64,000 nt of DNA from positions 64,001-128,000 of the forward strand of contig CBDDIJ010000005.1 of the NCBI GenBank assembly GCA_965228855.1, given 5' to 3'. The DNA is from Candidatus Obscuribacterales bacterium. Lineage in GTDB: Bacteria; Cyanobacteriota; Vampirovibrionia; Obscuribacterales; Obscuribacteraceae. How positions within the stretch are numbered: the first letter of the stretch is position 1; the number at the start of each line of letters is the position of its first letter. The position numbers were made by a program, and so were the translations under genes. Shown here piece by piece: positions 63,386 to 64,000 of this stretch. The notes under the pieces were generated by a model. The model made no database searches. It saw only the letters and a program-made list of their open reading frames with translations, and was not told the origin of the DNA.

Positions 63386-64000
63386 CTAGTCGCTTGACTG
63401 TGTTTCGCCGGAAATTGAAATCGGGGTGGGAATCAGCATTGTCGTGTTCTTGCCCTGCGAGACTTCCATTAAGCACTGGAGACGGCGGAGTTGGAATGCA
63501 CCGGGCTCGGCAAAAATAATGTCGGCAGCAGCAGCGAGTTTTGCGGCCGCCTGCAATTCGCCCTCCGCGTTCGTCACGGTGGCGCGACGAAGTCGTTCCG
63601 CCTCTGCTTCGCGAGCCATTGCCCGGCGCATCTGTTCAGGCACCGAAAGATTTTTGAGCTCAACCGACAAAACTTTGATGCCCCAGCGCTCTGTGTCGTC
63701 GTCCAGAGCGGCCTTCATTCGAGTATTAAACTGATCGCGCTCTACCAGCAATTCATCGAGGCTGTAGCGACCAATAACGTTGCGCAGCGTCGCCTGTGCA
63801 AGCTGACCGGTCGACTCGATCGGGTCCTGAACCTTCAAAACGGCTCTGGTAGGGTCCACAACCTGAAAGAAACATACAGCGTTGACCTTGACCATAACGT
63901 TGTCTTTAGTTATGGCATCCTGAGTAGGTATTGCCATTGTGACAACGCGAACGTCGACCTTCTGCGCGCGTTCGATAAAGGGCACAACCAATTTGAACCC
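63386..64000 (-). CDS. SPFH/stomatin-like (slipin) protein, 5' end outside the window
   Basis: VDVR, Q..ITKDNV.VKV, AQATLR.VIG...LDELL, WGIKV, AEAER.RRA....AEGE; frame is open to the window end. Confidence 0.92.
   Translation of the reverse strand, partial: GFKLVVPFIERAQKVDVRVVTMAIPTQDAITKDNVMVKVNAVCFFQVVDPTRAVLKVQDPIESTGQLAQATLRNVIGRYSLDELLVERDQFNTRMKAALDDDTERWGIKVLSVELKNLSVPEQMRRAMAREAEAERLRRATVTNAEGELQAAAKLAAAADIIFAEPGAFQLRRLQCLMEVSQGKNTTMLIPTPISISGETQSSD

Overview
64-kb chromosomal window of mostly housekeeping and accessory genes. I found no rRNA, tRNA, CRISPR array, prophage or intact IS element. The gene mix (cyanobacterial-type Ccs1/CcsA, YlqD, DUF192, TPR-matrixin, three membrane Hanks-type kinases, MshEN-like repeat proteins, no photosynthesis genes) suggests a non-photosynthetic cyanobacterial relative such as Vampirovibrionia/Obscuribacterales; this is inference only. 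Recognisable genes include thyA (partial), P5C dehydrogenase, a sigma-70 factor, oxalate decarboxylase convergent with fdhD plus an FdhF/YdeP enzyme, system II cytochrome c biogenesis, ruvC, lnt, gap, pgk, yihA, czcBA-like efflux, an LCP protein, a thiolase, a YhaO/YhaN-like (SbcCD-related) pair and an SPFH protein. The best candidate for a new system is an exported Cys/His-rich leader ORF with a RAPP arrest motif directly upstream of czcBA. Its last codons form an anti-Shine-Dalgarno for czcB, suggesting metal-sensing translational control of a divalent-cation efflux pump. Other highlights are four full-length proteins with substituted catalytic residues (SirC-like, Lnt, histidine kinase, SbcD-like), a DPDxTLxL repeat in Ccs1, a stand-alone AbiTii-like protein and an unannotated frameshifted parE remnant. 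Family assignments come from motif recognition by eye; no database searches were run.
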